From: Octopus sinensis
Taxonomy: Eukaryota
Length of the DNA: 64,000 nt
Assembly (NCBI RefSeq): GCF_006345805.1
Contig: NC_043001.1
Location: 54,312,001 to 54,376,000, forward strand
Direction of reading: 5' to 3'
Under the pieces are notes generated by a model that worked only from the letters and a program-made list of their open reading frames with translations, was not told where the DNA came from and searched no databases. Positions 62,212 through 64,000 of the stretch are shown here, one piece after another. Positions within the stretch are counted from its first letter, which is position 1. Each line of letters starts with the position of its first letter. The translations under genes were made by a program, and so were the position numbers.

Positions 62212-63090
62212 AGAGATGAACATTTGTAGAGATGAGCCACATTTGGAATAAAAAATGCAAATTCTCCACTTTACCTTCAAATATACAATTTGGGAGAGAA
62301 TCCTTTGATGAAGTCTGTGTGTGTGAGTGTGTGTGCGTGTGAGCGTTTGTGTGTGCTTGTGTGTTTGCGTGCGTGTGTGTATGTGTGTCCATGTTTATGC
62401 TGTGTAACTTCGATCACGCCTCTTTCAATTTCATGTTTTTGCATTAGAGAACATTAGTATAATACTTACACACTAGAAAAACACGCAAAACTCAGAACAT
62501 ATCAATGCCACACATATACACATGAATATTTACAGAGATGAGCACTATGTTTACGATTTTTTAGTTATATATTTAGAATACAAAATGTACTGTCTCCGCT
62601 TTTCTTCCAAACGTTCAATTTTGGAGAGATTTTTTTCTTTTTTTTTTTGATAAAATGTAGTTCCATTGCTTTTCGGTATGGCGGATTGTCCCGTGCACGT
62701 TTGTAAAAGGAAAAAAAATTGACTTTTTCCGTCGCTGCATATTTCCAGATGCTTACTTAATGGGATCTTGCGTACTTCCTCTTGTCGGATATGTTGCATG
62801 TGGATTCTTCTTCCACGTTTTTCTAGTTTGTAACAGTTATACTAATGTTTTCTAATGCAAAAACATGAAATTGAATGAGGCGTGATCGAAGTTACACAGT
62901 ATAAACATGGACATGTTCTCAAACACAAAAACACATAGACACACACACGCACACACGCACACACACACTCGCACACACATTCACACACACACTTCATCAA
63001 GGAAATTCTCTCCAAAATTGTATGTTTGAAGGTAAAGTGGAGAATTTGCATTCTTTATTCCAAATGTGGCTCATCTCTACACATGTTCAG
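62207..63090. mobile_element. Fold-back PLE-derived element: ~270-bp diverged inverted arms around a GIY-YIG fragment (62585-62810, minus)
   Basis: TGTAGAGATGAGCCACATTTGGAATAAA / TTTATTCCAAATGTGGCTCATCTCTACA. Centre QHIRQEEVRKIPLSKHLEICSDGK...MELHFIKK..SPKLNV. Confidence 0.75.
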
Positions 63091-63128
63091 GTATATATAC
63101 GTGTAGCATTTGGATGTTCTAGCTTTAC

Positions 63129-63198
<70 letters not shown>

Positions 63199-63563
63199 TA
63201 TATATATTACATTTTTAATTTACAAATATTATACTAATGTTTTTTATGCAGAACTACATTTGATCAAAAAATTCACTCCCAAATTGAACATTTGAAAGAA
63301 AAGGGGAGACAGTTTATTTTGTATTCTAAATATAACTAAAGAGGAGAAAAGAAAAGACGAAAAAAGGGGAGAAAAAAGAAAAAAGGAGAAGAGAAGTAAA
63401 GAGAGAAAGAGAAGAGGGAAAGAAAGCAAAAAGATTTTCAGTGATGACCACACCGCACTTGTTATTTTTTTAAGAGGTCACCATCCTTAAACCCATTTCA
63501 ATACAATGGTAAATGACTAAATATATAAATAAATAAATGGTAAATAGGAAGGGGTATTCCCTT

Positions 63564-63600
<37 letters not shown>

Positions 63601-63921
63601 CTACCTATCTATCTGTCTTACTATCTATCTATCTATTCATCTAGCTATCTATCTACCTATCTACCTACCTACATTTCTATCTATCCATCTCCATCGTCAA
63701 TGGAACGTCACCCCAAAAAAACAAAAGCAAAGTTCTCTTCTTCTAAACAAAACCCCCCAAAACATCTGTTTTATATAAATGAGCAAGCTGTTTGTACATT
63801 CACAAAATTTTATTTGACAAGTTCGAGAAACGAATAATAATGGAGATATAAGATTTTTCCAAAGTTCTGACGATTTTTTCCCCAATATTCAATTTTTGTA
63901 TATCACACACACACATATATA

Positions 63922-64000
<79 letters not shown>

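Overview
Very AT-rich, microsatellite-dense eukaryotic DNA with no credible host protein-coding gene. Almost every ORF in the supplied track is a translated microsatellite or a transposon remnant. The three tRNA-derived SINE families and the repeat landscape look like an octopus (coleoid cephalopod) intergenic or intronic region; this is recognition, not a database result. The window is a transposon graveyard: SINEs, R4/Dong and CR1-type LINE remnants, Tc1/mariner/maT fossils and MITEs, a hAT shell with a Helitron fragment inside, and several Penelope-like element (PLE) RT and GIY-YIG remnants. The notable signal is a dense set of small, mostly non-coding elements, nearly all embedded in (TA)n or similar microsatellites, that carry minimal type-I hammerhead ribozyme motifs (CUGANGA...GAAA with a very short, usually palindromic stem III). 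I read about 15 near-canonical and about 7 decayed copies by eye, from several sequence-unrelated families. They take four forms: a 5.3-copy array of a ~555-bp unit, long fold-back hairpins with a ribozyme in both polarities, single monomers, and one hammerhead placed directly upstream of an RT-less GIY-YIG ORF. Unrelated families share short motifs downstream of the ribozyme. Ribozyme folds were assigned manually and activity is untested.
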